Source of the DNA: a virus
Taxonomy: Duplodnaviria > Caudoviricetes
DNA length: 64,000 bases
Direction: 5' to 3' (one strand)
Virus record (IMG/VR): IMGVR_UViG_3300033463_000004
Span: 64,001-128,000 of that record
Shown: positions 11,801 through 21,754 of the stretch, piece after piece
How positions within the stretch are numbered: the first letter of the stretch is position 1
Layout: every line of letters begins with the position of its first letter
Notes under the pieces: model-generated
Database searches by the model: none
Told to the model about the DNA's origin: nothing
The model's input: only the letters and a program-made list of their open reading frames with translations
Program-made: the position numbers and the translations under genes

Positions 11801-12391
11801 ACTAATATGGCTGGTGTATGGTATCCTCTTGAGTGGTTTATCAACTTCAAGATTACAGGAACAACACGCACAATTCAAGCATACAATAATCCGAAGAAAA
11901 TTGGACATGCTTCCATGACGATGTTTTCAACAAACCGTGGAATAATTCAGCATACATCACCACCGACATCAACAGGCGATCTCCATTATGTATTTAAACA
12001 TGATTCATGGGGATATAGTGACTCAAATCAAAATAGTATATTCTGGGGAAAAATTCTAAAAGGTGAGATATTGGGACCATATGCTGCACAATATGATTTG
12101 TTAGATGGAGAATCATTATCAATCGAAATCACACCTGCAGCCGGATTTGAATTCTTATCCGGTACATTTTTATGGTGGATAGAAGAAAAGCAACTCAATT
12201 ATGACGCAAATGGTGATTATGTAAGTTATTCAAATAAATGGTCTTCCTCTGTGTGTAATGCAACTGACAGCATATCTGGTCCATCTCGTGACTTAACAAA
12301 CATTGGTATATGTATTGCAACAAACTCTAGCCAAATCACATGGTTAGAGCCAACATACATTCAATCAATCAGAATAACGAAATCTAGTTAA
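8807..12391 (+). CDS. Large tail/baseplate receptor-binding protein, paralog of 5643-8264 with extra C-terminal domain
   Basis: Shared blocks with the 5643 ORF; GAAAGGGTG RBS favours ATG 8807. Confidence 0.7.
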   Translation: MHEFGIAKKSIYDEHPKLKEFEENYKKTHPGVDINTKNLYIVQSVNRDGVVTSEQYGLNLITDAGFDQIISNYSPSSETFRKAIRLLEGVPIAEAPTVLTSTIPSYTRRIQTSTMSGNNNYYALQYNSETGVISQRINQWVWEFDYNVTGYLPDGTSVSIDNDFTANCLYMYNPDYPDWCPTGIISTYEADGMPAPIIKHPNEKLFITFYATGSIHEDVINDAYDDEIYFAVNPGKISNIAWGYSHSGYNRVNSPFVHAQWLGPVYKSYALSSGSTNTYVDISCNETGQRFIMGNGEGYRYGRQNMTYVLLDPRVAFTMVDYRWGHRYYTSWDDAHVIKCISVERLDTPEELSTNFGYTNRNDSSQISNLFALKAFNTLYPLGILPAADFSITSIKGYNYISKAFDIDISYINRPNAYYNNPFITSAGMAISVAGAPSGTYYLYINQRAKQLNNGLQPVPITGISLDTSRTVYVADKYWDFSTWSIVTNPSSIPQALQNKKYFMLKDGIAIITPTYDQQVHELDVGSEYTVLNTPTDSIHGWYRGYKTLHNLTDNWILVQDYLLFMDPTGKDVQYKYKLEGPEYAVWSKISDAVWNQDYASLYIYSNGEYVLNTNPTYSSGTTYYTTAIDPYTIRYNYGNKILVATMVTRGNDSYPAKVRIYTITSASSAPTYQDITIDTNTTDRSYTGQYTFSSNGYFVIQDEHTHCANIIKISDGTVTKLENVSNCYALEYSNKCVYFRYGSSPLTWDVYNMQTNTVEGSFVLPDEYSNVTYMCGWHEYLYLQSYINPNYFVHIINTNDCSIHIVDGMTFNNQFTSYRRNNNSVDSRLYRLNRINNIKFHSDFMIIDCLPMNQWYMDDVSPKFIKYTEPEKTYWLYKYGDRNERQVDNLYEKNHYYCTTARLGSTILEVQQSVSQSKLLLIDVAGRFSERYDGSVDFVSNSNTDWRAGVLDIGYRIDNPSDEPLNAVCYHWNKIQMDSTYASGGIAYWKNGIIIFDTNMAGVWYPLEWFINFKITGTTRTIQAYNNPKKIGHASMTMFSTNRGIIQHTSPPTSTGDLHYVFKHDSWGYSDSNQNSIFWGKILKGEILGPYAAQYDLLDGESLSIEITPAAGFEFLSGTFLWWIEEKQLNYDANGDYVSYSNKWSSSVCNATDSISGPSRDLTNIGICIATNSSQITWLEPTYIQSIRITKSS

Positions 12392-12406
12392 TAAATTCCG
12401 AAATTT

Positions 12407-12427
12407 CACATATATATGATTATTACG
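12407..12427 (+). promoter_or_regulatory. Putative phage early promoter, TATAT-N-ATT-N5-G
   Basis: CACATA-TATAT-G-ATT-ATTAC-G; same spacing at 28562, 31564 and 61286. Confidence 0.6.
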
Positions 12428-12644
12428 AACATGAGAGATGATGTGTTTCGGGATAAAGGTATCTAAACGGCCTCCCGAGTGTCCTCCCTATGACAGCGCA
12501 CAAGATTGCATCTCTCTGTTCGCAATAATAAATGCATGAATGAAAAACGAGTTCTGATATTTACAATCCATCGTACAGATGGACATGTCGTACGGACATG
12601 GTGAATTGATTGCTCGTATTTTCATTCATGTATTCATTTTTTTT
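12427..12644 (+). ncRNA. Putative two-domain structured non-coding RNA
   Basis: Two consecutive long closing stems (12426-12440/12509-12522 and 12531-12551/12613-12634), each enclosing two hairpins; promoter motif upstream and U-tract downstream; no credible ORF. Confidence 0.6.
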
Positions 12645-12652
12645 GATGATGA

Positions 12653-12682
12653 AATGATGTGGGGCTTTCGCCCCACATCATT
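12653..12682. terminator. GC-rich hairpin, probable bidirectional terminator
   Basis: aatgatgtggggc-tttc-gccccacatcatt between convergent units. Confidence 0.8.
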
Positions 12683-12690
12683 ATCATTCA

Positions 12691-15600
12691 TCATATCAGA
12701 TTTAAAACAATATTCGAATCAGACAATACGAACATTTCCGGAACATATCTTTCTAATTCATTCTTCGGCATATCATCCAATTCATCCCATCGTTGGACAA
12801 TCGCTTGATAATCAGCGTTCATATAATGTCCACCAATGATATTCTTCTGGTTGGTATACCAACCTTTGAATTTCAAATATGCAACATTAGGATGTTCTTC
12901 CAGTTGTTGGATCAATTGTGAAATGTAAATGTTATTATCCATCGATATCATATCAACTGGGGTATGTACAGTTGTGATGCGGTTGAAATATGATTTGATC
13001 ATTGTACGAATTTCATTCAATGTATTGGTTGATAAACCTGGATTATACAATTTCAAATCAAATTCGATTTGTACATCCAAATCTGGCCAGAATGTTGGTG
13101 GAGTGAGATTCTTATCAACATCCGCAACATAAGAATGCGGTAAACCATATGTTGCAATCAGTTTGCAATCAAGATAATTATTACCTTCCAAACGTTTGAA
13201 GATAACCGGCTCAATTGCTTTGTGAACTTGTGTAAATGCGGAAACAAACGATGCAAATACATCAGAGTTCATCAACTTTGATTGAACAAATGGAACGAGT
13301 TGAACTTCCATTGCACTGTTGACAGATGTTTGTGAGAAGATATCTTCAACTTCACTTGGATAGATTGAAATATTATTGTAGACACGGTCCCAATCAATGT
13401 CACCAGAATATTGTGACTCTATAATATTTGCTAGGGTCATTCTTAATTCTGTCATGTATCCAGTTGAAATATCAGGTACTTCAGGATTGCCCGCATAAAT
13501 CGTGATAATATTATCCAAAGTTGCATTGCAATCGGAAGCAATCATTTGGATATCATGGAATGTCAAACCAGAATCATCAATCGTTCCAGTAATGATATGA
13601 TATGCATACTGTTTAATGGTATACATGTTATTCACATTCGGATCATATTCACACAGTTTCATCAAAGAATCAAATGCAGCCATCTGAACTTCTGAAGGTT
13701 GTTGATATTCACCAAACTTAACAACACTTCTCATTTCTTTCAGTTCTTGAATAAATGAGAAATCATCAACATTCCATCTATCTTGCAAACGGAATCCCTT
13801 GAATGACTCATCACCTTCAATCGGTGATACCAATGTTGGATCGGTTGATTTAAACAGAATATAGATCGTTAATTCTGGATATGTCGCATCAATTGTTACA
13901 ATCTTTGAATCAACTGCAGACACCCAAGAACCACCACCGTATTCTGTTGATGCAATTTTGATGCGATTATCGACATCAACCATTTTATTCAATGGATAAA
14001 TTTGTGCATCAAATCGAATACTACCATCAGATTCAATCTGAACTGGTTCCATTTCAACGCGACCAGTGACAACACCATCAACCTTTGCTTCCAAAACAAT
14101 ACGCATATTGTTTTCTTCCATTGCAAGTTGTTCTGATTCAAAATAGAACATCGGAACATTCGTATTTTCCAATAATACAGACAATGGCATTTTATAATAT
14201 GCAACAGCCGCTTCAGATGCAGTCGGTCTCATATCAGCATAGAATACAACACCATTTCCTGATACATCATTCAGATTAAATGTGACTGTTCCATCATTAT
14301 TATCGATTGGAGTATATGGTGTATAAATATTTGCAGAATTTGCAATCTGATATTGAACCACAACACCGTCATCGTATTTCAACTGGAAATATATAGTGTC
14401 TTGATAACTCTTTCCAATACGATACAAACGTGTTTCACCATATTTGGTTAAACTTGTGCTGAATACTTCATCAGATGTTGTCATGGAAACAAGTTTACCA
14501 GTAGGCTGATCATCTTTCAGACGGAGTTCATAATAATTCTGGGATGCGACACGTTTGAATGAAATCGGATCGTCATCAACGACATTTGGATATACATGTA
14601 TATCAGTATCTCCTGTTACTTTGACAGCTTCCCATGGACCGTGTTCACCCCATAAAGCATCCGTACCAAGAACTTGCTTAAAACTACTGCTGACAGTAAT
14701 TGGATATTCTTTTTTCTCACTACCAGAATAGTCCTCAATTCTGAGACCGCGCAAGTTCCACATACCATCAGATACACGAGTCTTTTCAGTTACACACAAA
14801 TATGTCTCTGATGGATTGAAAACGACATATTGTTGCTTTGGATCCTGAATCAGAATTGGAATCATCTTTGCATATAGATCAACAGGTTTTACAAAGTAAT
14901 TCCACATGATGTCTGTGAATGTCGGAGGTTCTGTTCCATTTCTGAAACGTTTTACAAAATCAGAACCAATGTAAGATGGTGCTTGGTTCGGAATAATAAC
15001 TGTCTCGATATTATAGTAATCCTTTTGATATGTACGAATGATATGTACAAATGAAGGTGTACCGTGATAAATAATACTCTTATCTTCATTACCAAGAATT
15101 GTATCTTGATATTCAAATGGAGTATTCACAATCGAAACCGTTGTCGTTTCATTAATCCACGGATTGAAGTATCCAATTGCAAACGGATACTTCTGAATAC
15201 GAATACCGAATGGATTTGCAAATAAGAAATCATCACCAACATTCACCGCAGTTGAAGCCGTTTCGACTTGCTCATTGGAATTCACAACCAATGGTTTTAC
15301 AGTATAACGATTGGATTCCTTGTTTGCATATACCCATGCCCAACCAGGTGGGATAATGATTTCATTTCCATTTGCAGAAATGATGTTATCATTACTATTG
15401 TAAAGAACTCGATATGGAATCTGCGCGTGTAATGTATTCGTACGATATACTTCACCATCTGGATCAGTCAACGCAATAAATCCACTCCAAATTCTACCCC
15501 ATGGATCATCTCTTCGTTTAAAGAAGAATGGATATAGAATTCGTTTGAAAAAGAATGTCTTAAACCATTCATAGATATCATGATCTGATGAAATCACATT

Positions 15601-16695
15601 TGCAGTATTATATGCTTCAATGGTCTCACGACGCGTTGTCTCATTTGTTCCAATATTTGTACCAGCCTGGCTTCCAGACATAACAAACGCAGATTTTGTA
15701 ACGTTTCCATTGTTTGTGTACTTGTTTGTCGATGTAATAATTGAAACAGATTCTTCTGTTGTGAATGATGAAAAGTTTGCAGCTTCACCATGACATGTAT
15801 AGATTGTCACAACAAATGACGAATTCAGTTGTGGCACAAAATAACGATTACCATTCATTTGGAATTTAAAACGAATTGTCTGCGGCGAATCCATGATGTA
15901 ATGTACGTACGGAAGTTGATCCTTTACATCCGAATGGATTGCAAGAATATGATCACGATCAAGATATTGCTCGTTACCATCACCATCAATATATTTGATA
16001 TCAAATCCTGCAATATGATTTTGACATGTGATGACATAATCATCATTTGGAATTCCATTTGTCATATTATTGACAATTGTGTGAGTTTGTCTTTCAAACT
16101 CAGACATTGTTACAAATATATGCAACCATTCTGATGATGTTCTGTAAAGAATATATGGTTTTTTGTTTACTGCAATCGAATTTTGTTCATCTGTATTAAT
16201 GTATTGAACATTCCAAACTGGATTCTCCGGATTGGTATATTGAATCAATACATCATAATCCAATGAATAAATCGAACCATTTGCAAGATTAATTTTCGTA
16301 TTTTTATCTAATACGAATTCGTACAAATTTCTATGCTGCGGGTTTTCTTTTGCATTTTTGAACAAATCCGACAACTTCAATTCGATCATAAAATTACATA
16401 CAGACGGAATTGCATATGAATAACCGATGTTGAAGATTGCTGCATTTGCATAAATGGAATCCGATAAAACTGCTTTTGTGATGAAAGATTCATTCAGATA
16501 AAATGATGAAGTAAATGCCAAATTTTCTAATGCTTGCGACATATATTCAGATACAACAGAGAAGAAACCACTGTTCAAATTGTTCAATGGTATATCATGG
16601 AATACACGTGGCATCAAAACATTCGCAATATACTTTTTGATTTGTGAATCATCCGAATAATTATTCAACACAATATTCGTGTCTTTCGTTGCCAT
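12691..16695 (-). CDS. Baseplate wedge protein (T4 gp6/baseplate-J-like, jumbo phage type)
   Basis: N-terminal 'ESFITKA...SIY..A....Y', 'TIYTCHGEAANF' and C-terminal 'IYISQLIQQLE....V.Y+.F' are typical of wedge proteins; AGGAGG RBS. Confidence 0.7.
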   Translation of the reverse strand: MATKDTNIVLNNYSDDSQIKKYIANVLMPRVFHDIPLNNLNSGFFSVVSEYMSQALENLAFTSSFYLNESFITKAVLSDSIYANAAIFNIGYSYAIPSVCNFMIELKLSDLFKNAKENPQHRNLYEFVLDKNTKINLANGSIYSLDYDVLIQYTNPENPVWNVQYINTDEQNSIAVNKKPYILYRTSSEWLHIFVTMSEFERQTHTIVNNMTNGIPNDDYVITCQNHIAGFDIKYIDGDGNEQYLDRDHILAIHSDVKDQLPYVHYIMDSPQTIRFKFQMNGNRYFVPQLNSSFVVTIYTCHGEAANFSSFTTEESVSIITSTNKYTNNGNVTKSAFVMSGSQAGTNIGTNETTRRETIEAYNTANVISSDHDIYEWFKTFFFKRILYPFFFKRRDDPWGRIWSGFIALTDPDGEVYRTNTLHAQIPYRVLYNSNDNIISANGNEIIIPPGWAWVYANKESNRYTVKPLVVNSNEQVETASTAVNVGDDFLFANPFGIRIQKYPFAIGYFNPWINETTTVSIVNTPFEYQDTILGNEDKSIIYHGTPSFVHIIRTYQKDYYNIETVIIPNQAPSYIGSDFVKRFRNGTEPPTFTDIMWNYFVKPVDLYAKMIPILIQDPKQQYVVFNPSETYLCVTEKTRVSDGMWNLRGLRIEDYSGSEKKEYPITVSSSFKQVLGTDALWGEHGPWEAVKVTGDTDIHVYPNVVDDDPISFKRVASQNYYELRLKDDQPTGKLVSMTTSDEVFSTSLTKYGETRLYRIGKSYQDTIYFQLKYDDGVVVQYQIANSANIYTPYTPIDNNDGTVTFNLNDVSGNGVVFYADMRPTASEAAVAYYKMPLSVLLENTNVPMFYFESEQLAMEENNMRIVLEAKVDGVVTGRVEMEPVQIESDGSIRFDAQIYPLNKMVDVDNRIKIASTEYGGGSWVSAVDSKIVTIDATYPELTIYILFKSTDPTLVSPIEGDESFKGFRLQDRWNVDDFSFIQELKEMRSVVKFGEYQQPSEVQMAAFDSLMKLCEYDPNVNNMYTIKQYAYHIITGTIDDSGLTFHDIQMIASDCNATLDNIITIYAGNPEVPDISTGYMTELRMTLANIIESQYSGDIDWDRVYNNISIYPSEVEDIFSQTSVNSAMEVQLVPFVQSKLMNSDVFASFVSAFTQVHKAIEPVIFKRLEGNNYLDCKLIATYGLPHSYVADVDKNLTPPTFWPDLDVQIEFDLKLYNPGLSTNTLNEIRTMIKSYFNRITTVHTPVDMISMDNNIYISQLIQQLEEHPNVAYLKFKGWYTNQKNIIGGHYMNADYQAIVQRWDELDDMPKNELERYVPEMFVLSDSNIVLNLI

Positions 16696-16748
16696 TGCTT
16701 TAACCTCCTATATGGAATTATTTGGTAAAAACCCAAATGTAATGTTTG

Positions 16749-16806
16749 ACACCTAATAAATAGGTGTTCATCGCATTACTTCAACGTTTTCGAAACGTTG
16801 TATACT
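16749..16806. promoter_or_regulatory. Divergent promoter region with dyads; candidate late promoter AACG-N6-TA on the minus strand
   Basis: acaccta-N5-taggtgt and caacgttt-tcg-aaacgttg inverted repeats between divergent structural genes. Confidence 0.4.
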
Positions 16807-16832
16807 ATTTATATATGAAAGGAGCTTTCTCA

Positions 16833-19800
16833 ATGAGTATGGATAATGTACAATTGAAACAGGAAGATCTGTTAAATGGTCAACCCGTATTAACAGATGT
16901 AAATCCTGTGACAAATACAAAATCAGTTGACGACTCTGCATCCGGCGAGAAAATGGAAGATACACTTGCAAGAATATGGCAAGCAATCAACAACAAACTC
17001 TCCCGTGTTGTGAATTCTGTGAATGGAAGAACTGGAGTTGTCATACTCACATCTGATGACGTTGGTCTCGGAGACGTTGACAATGTATCTTTTGCAGACA
17101 TTAAAGAATGGGTCATTAATGAAATCGAGAATACATTCGCAAATAAGAGAATGCAATTCTACAGCACATATGATGACGCATTGGCTGTCGTTGCTACAAA
17201 TGACCGCGCATTGGCATGGGCACCATTTTATTGTGACACGTTCAGCGCAACTGATACACGAAGTGTCATTGGCGTTTTTACATGGGATAAAACATCCTCA
17301 CACTTAGGTGTTGATTATCGTAAGATTAATACCATTGGAATGACAGATGAGACAATTCTCTATCCAACAACTGCTGGTGGTATTGTCAGACCGGCTAGTG
17401 TATCATCTGATCATATGCCAAAAACATTGAATCCTGGTACAATCGGTGTCAACATCTATCCTGAACCCCGTCCCGAAGATCAAATTTTGTATGTCCAGAC
17501 TGGTGCCGAAGTCGGTGAAAATGGTCTTCGTATTGACCATAATAAAATCGGCTCTCGCGTTTATTATGAAGAAACTCCATATGGAGTATATGATCCTATT
17601 TATGGTCTTCCAGGTGCCAATACTGGATACATGTTGTGGAGATGGGACGATGGCGAAAGCGTGAAGGGTGACGCTGTCCGAATCTTCATCGACGATATCC
17701 AAATTCCTGTTAAATATCTTACAAATGGACAATGGTCCTATAATACCGAGCCAACAGAATTAGTCAGTGATCAACCTTTCTATCTTTCTAAACGTTGGTC
17801 ACTCCATGACGTAATTCGACCTAATGATGTCATCATAATGAAGTTTTCAAACTTCATTAGATATGTTGAAGCCAATAAGACTGCCGTTGGTGTTTGTCTT
17901 GATTTCAGTAGATGCCAACCATGCATTGGCACTATTGTCAAGAGTTCAGAACCGGGTATTGAATATGACATCTTTTTCCGCGCATTGAATCCGAACACCA
18001 ACGGATATGGAATCGCAACAATGACATCTCACCAGGATCGTGACGTGAAAAACACACAGCTTGGAGTCAATATTCTCGCAGCGAAATCGACTCCGGATGG
18101 TCGAGTGGCTGGTCAGAGTGATGGGTGGAAATATAGAGGATATGACATAAATATGTCCGGCTTGATGACGCATGCAGGTGCCGAATCTGTCACATCCGTT
18201 GTCAATCACATGAATATACAATACATTGAAGGTGTCCATGGACCGTGGAATCATCCCATATCCGATATAAATGATTGGCAGGCGCCGATAAATGAGCCTG
18301 TAACTCCAGGCTCCATTCATATCACCATGGATGGATCTCTCTGTATTTATCCATACTATCAGTCTCTTGCAACCACTACAAGATTGGGTTCCGTTCCGAA
18401 ATGGATTACTGATAAATTCTATTCGGAAAACGGAGGATCATATACCGTATTGACATCCAAACCAGCAGACTGGAGCTACAATTTCTTTTCATATTATGTG
18501 AAAGACGAAAATGATGAATACATCCATGTCGAAGGTATCAAGAAATCGTATTCAATTGCCGATTATTCAACCGGAATAGGTGGATCAGCTGCTAGATATC
18601 AACGGTGTATTGGATCGTTAATGGCTTCGAATGCAATCTTTGATGCATGGCGATCAAACTCCGGAACAAATGTTCAATATCAATATATGGATGCTGGTTC
18701 AGCAGTCACAGATCCAACCGGTCTTAACCAATCCGATTCACTTGGTGGAACGCGTTCTTCATTGAGTGTGAATCTGTATAAAATGTGTGGTTCTCTGTAT
18801 ACATCCGATACCCAGCAAGAAGCCGGTAAATTGCGGTGGAAATGCGGTTATCAATTCGCAAACCTTTCAGGACTGAGAACAAACACTGAAGATCATGTCA
18901 GTAATGAAGAGGCTGAACTGTACTCGCATCCGATCGATAGACACATTTTGTTCGGGCTTGGTCTTTGTGATTACAAAGATGCATACGGAAACGACCGAAA
19001 ATCGTATAACATGAATGGTGAATATACATCAGGTCTCTCAGTAAATGTGGGTCGTTTCCTCGAGATCACCCCGTTGACAACATACCGTGCTGATAAATAT
19101 TGGGACGGTGGTAAAGTACAAGTACGTGTCGGTGATGGTTTGACTGAACAAGTGACTGAATACGACGTTACCGAGTTTATCAAATCTGGCAGCGTCTCTG
19201 GAGATGTACCTTTCACATACAAAGAACTGCAAGAACGTTGGTGCACAACACCAGAAGAATTCTATTGTCGAATTTTACAATCAGACGTAGAGTTTCAATA
19301 TAACAAACATCATGAAGAATTAATCACAAAACCAGATGACTGGGATACCGATTGGTATAAATATGAATATAATATTGGAACCGATGATGATTCTGATTAT
19401 GTTTTCTTACCATATGACGAGAATAATCCAATTGGTTTTGAACAAATGTCAGCCACATACATGGGTCCATATTATAATTTGAGAATATATGCCACAGGTT
19501 GCCCCGTTACAGGTAATTCAATTGTTGAACTACGTCATACGTATGAATCTGGTGGAATATTGTATGATGATATGCATATCATCTGGAAACGACCCACAAA
19601 CAGAATCACGTTGAATCTTGATCCTGAAACATTAACTATCAACGAAGAAGGAAAAATCACTGTTGTTGGTGGTGTTGGAGGAGACACTGTTAATTTCCGA
19701 TTAATAGATTCTTCTGGATGTTGGTGTGACACATACCAAAAAGAAGATTCAGAAACTGAAATTCCAGAAAAAGTTCGCACCGAAACAATATTTGTTGATG

Positions 19801-21227
19801 AAGGTTTATCAATTTCTGGAAGTAGTACACAAATTCCAATTGATATTAAATTACCATCCACTTCGAATCGTTTCAGAAAGAAAGTTCAAGAAATTTGGGA
19901 CACAAGCATTTCAACATGGGAATATGTATTCATCATTTCACAAAATGCTGAACATTATGACGTTGAACGTGTCACGTCATATACGATTAATTGGTTAAAG
20001 AATAATTTCAGTATAATTAGTGATAATATTGTGAATGGACGAGGTCATACCATATCATACCAAGATCCAACACCGGCAGTATTAGAAGATTTTAACAATG
20101 TTGCAGGTATATTCCGTAAAGCTTTAAACAACAAAGATGAATTAATATTTAATGATGCACAGTATAACATTGGCGATTATACAGTTAGAATATGTGAAGC
20201 GGGACAATACTTGATCGACAATCCGTTTGCTATTGAAAACCGTATCGTTGAAATAATCAAGAGTATTCGTGCAATAATCCCAACAGCTTCTGACGCAAAT
20301 AAAATTGAACAGTATCTTGCTGATCATTATGAACTCGGAACTGTTTCTACAAATGAACAACTAATCGAAGCTGTTCCAAATATACCAATTTGGAACACGA
20401 CAGATAGCAACAATTATTGGGCCGTATATTGGTTATTCACATTTTTTACTGAAAATATTCTGCTTCGTGGAAAATGGCAAAACATATGTGAAGGTGAATT
20501 TGCATATACACAAATCACTAGCAGGCCGTATGATTGGGATACGAACACATCAACATATTTTGCGAAAAATGGAAATGATGAATATTGTCCATGTATACCA
20601 GACGAAGCGGAATTACCTGCTCTTGTATGGTATTATCGTCCAGGCATGTTGTATTCTCGTGATGATGTTGCTGGAACATTTGCGCTTGTTACATTATCAG
20701 ACGCTGATGATTCTCCTGCATGGACTGCATTGCGTAATGGTGAATATTATTATCAGAATAAATTCACACTTCAAGCAGAAGTTCCTGCTGACTGGGATAC
20801 AGAATGGAATAAGTATTTCTGTACAGATGATATCACAACAGACAAACGTTTCAGACATGTTAACACACAAACAAAACCTACATGGGAAGCAAATAAATAT
20901 TACACAGAAGATGCTTCCGGCGCAGTTGTTGGTTATCAACAACTTACAACTCCAGCAGCATTTACACAAAATGAACTTGGTACTGAAAACAATATGGTTC
21001 AAGTTGCACCAAAGTGGAAGACAGATACATTCTATGACACAGATACTTCGCAAACACCACAAGAAACTATGCCAGTTGACTGGTATACAAATTATGCAAC
21101 ATATTATACTAGATCTGGTGAAGAAGGTAGTTATGTATACGAGCATGTGTTACCAAACACAATAAACTTCAAACAATATGTTGGTCCATATTATTCCAGA
21201 TCTCTTGTACCGCATAACAATTCATGA
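16833..21227 (+). CDS. Large tail fibre protein with phage-tail repeat and aromatic P.DW repeats
   Basis: 'VNSVNGRTGVVILTSDDVGLGDVDNVS' phage tail repeat; at least five P.DW..Y units; GAAAGGAG RBS favours ATG 16833. Confidence 0.75.
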   Translation: MSMDNVQLKQEDLLNGQPVLTDVNPVTNTKSVDDSASGEKMEDTLARIWQAINNKLSRVVNSVNGRTGVVILTSDDVGLGDVDNVSFADIKEWVINEIENTFANKRMQFYSTYDDALAVVATNDRALAWAPFYCDTFSATDTRSVIGVFTWDKTSSHLGVDYRKINTIGMTDETILYPTTAGGIVRPASVSSDHMPKTLNPGTIGVNIYPEPRPEDQILYVQTGAEVGENGLRIDHNKIGSRVYYEETPYGVYDPIYGLPGANTGYMLWRWDDGESVKGDAVRIFIDDIQIPVKYLTNGQWSYNTEPTELVSDQPFYLSKRWSLHDVIRPNDVIIMKFSNFIRYVEANKTAVGVCLDFSRCQPCIGTIVKSSEPGIEYDIFFRALNPNTNGYGIATMTSHQDRDVKNTQLGVNILAAKSTPDGRVAGQSDGWKYRGYDINMSGLMTHAGAESVTSVVNHMNIQYIEGVHGPWNHPISDINDWQAPINEPVTPGSIHITMDGSLCIYPYYQSLATTTRLGSVPKWITDKFYSENGGSYTVLTSKPADWSYNFFSYYVKDENDEYIHVEGIKKSYSIADYSTGIGGSAARYQRCIGSLMASNAIFDAWRSNSGTNVQYQYMDAGSAVTDPTGLNQSDSLGGTRSSLSVNLYKMCGSLYTSDTQQEAGKLRWKCGYQFANLSGLRTNTEDHVSNEEAELYSHPIDRHILFGLGLCDYKDAYGNDRKSYNMNGEYTSGLSVNVGRFLEITPLTTYRADKYWDGGKVQVRVGDGLTEQVTEYDVTEFIKSGSVSGDVPFTYKELQERWCTTPEEFYCRILQSDVEFQYNKHHEELITKPDDWDTDWYKYEYNIGTDDDSDYVFLPYDENNPIGFEQMSATYMGPYYNLRIYATGCPVTGNSIVELRHTYESGGILYDDMHIIWKRPTNRITLNLDPETLTINEEGKITVVGGVGGDTVNFRLIDSSGCWCDTYQKEDSETEIPEKVRTETIFVDEGLSISGSSTQIPIDIKLPSTSNRFRKKVQEIWDTSISTWEYVFIISQNAEHYDVERVTSYTINWLKNNFSIISDNIVNGRGHTISYQDPTPAVLEDFNNVAGIFRKALNNKDELIFNDAQYNIGDYTVRICEAGQYLIDNPFAIENRIVEIIKSIRAIIPTASDANKIEQYLADHYELGTVSTNEQLIEAVPNIPIWNTTDSNNYWAVYWLFTFFTENILLRGKWQNICEGEFAYTQITSRPYDWDTNTSTYFAKNGNDEYCPCIPDEAELPALVWYYRPGMLYSRDDVAGTFALVTLSDADDSPAWTALRNGEYYYQNKFTLQAEVPADWDTEWNKYFCTDDITTDKRFRHVNTQTKPTWEANKYYTEDASGAVVGYQQLTTPAAFTQNELGTENNMVQVAPKWKTDTFYDTDTSQTPQETMPVDWYTNYATYYTRSGEEGSYVYEHVLPNTINFKQYVGPYYSRSLVPHNNS

Positions 21228-21241
21228 ATTGAGGTGATCTT

Positions 21242-21742
21242 ATGATTACAATCAATATTACATTAGGCATTGATTTGCATATCGTAGATCACAAGATTCA
21301 TATCAAACGATCTACCGAGAATGCAAGAAACAATGCATTCGAGATACATGATAATGGTATCTATATGGATGATCGGATTGTTGCAAATGGAAATGGATTC
21401 AAAGATCAAAATGGACATATTGTTCGTGTTGGACATTATGGTCCATATGATGTTCTTAATGAACCCGAATTCAGAAAATCAGGACGTGTTTCAGCAAACT
21501 GTATTGTACATCGTGTGTATACTGCAACTCGTAATGAGGATAATACATACAACGTTGAAAACTTCCGTTATGTTGACAGCTTTATCCCGGGAGACATGTT
21601 ACGTGTCTCCCTGGATAATGGAAAACATGAATATCGTTTGATTACAAAAACAACCAGTACAGATGATAGACGTGTTCAACCACAACAAACATATGGAATG
21701 AATAATCGTATTGTTGAAACTGTACTTCTTGGAACATGGTGA
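21242..21742 (+). CDS. Small fibre-associated protein
   Basis: GAGGTG RBS; N-terminal fibre-shaft-like beta strands. Confidence 0.6.
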   Translation: MITINITLGIDLHIVDHKIHIKRSTENARNNAFEIHDNGIYMDDRIVANGNGFKDQNGHIVRVGHYGPYDVLNEPEFRKSGRVSANCIVHRVYTATRNEDNTYNVENFRYVDSFIPGDMLRVSLDNGKHEYRLITKTTSTDDRRVQPQQTYGMNNRIVETVLLGTW

Positions 21743-21754
21743 GGAGGAATTATT

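Noticed and set aside
12427-12644. tRNA or tmRNA
   Set aside because: No T-loop GTTCRA in a cloverleaf context, no CCA end, and wrong stem geometry.
12579-12839. 86-aa ORF
   Set aside because: No RBS; it runs through the RNA structure, the terminator and the antisense baseplate gene.
20467-21165. 232-aa alternative-frame ORF in the fibre gene (possible frameshift product)
   Set aside because: No RBS or clear slippery site; Met/Ile/Gln-rich composition typical of an off-frame read.
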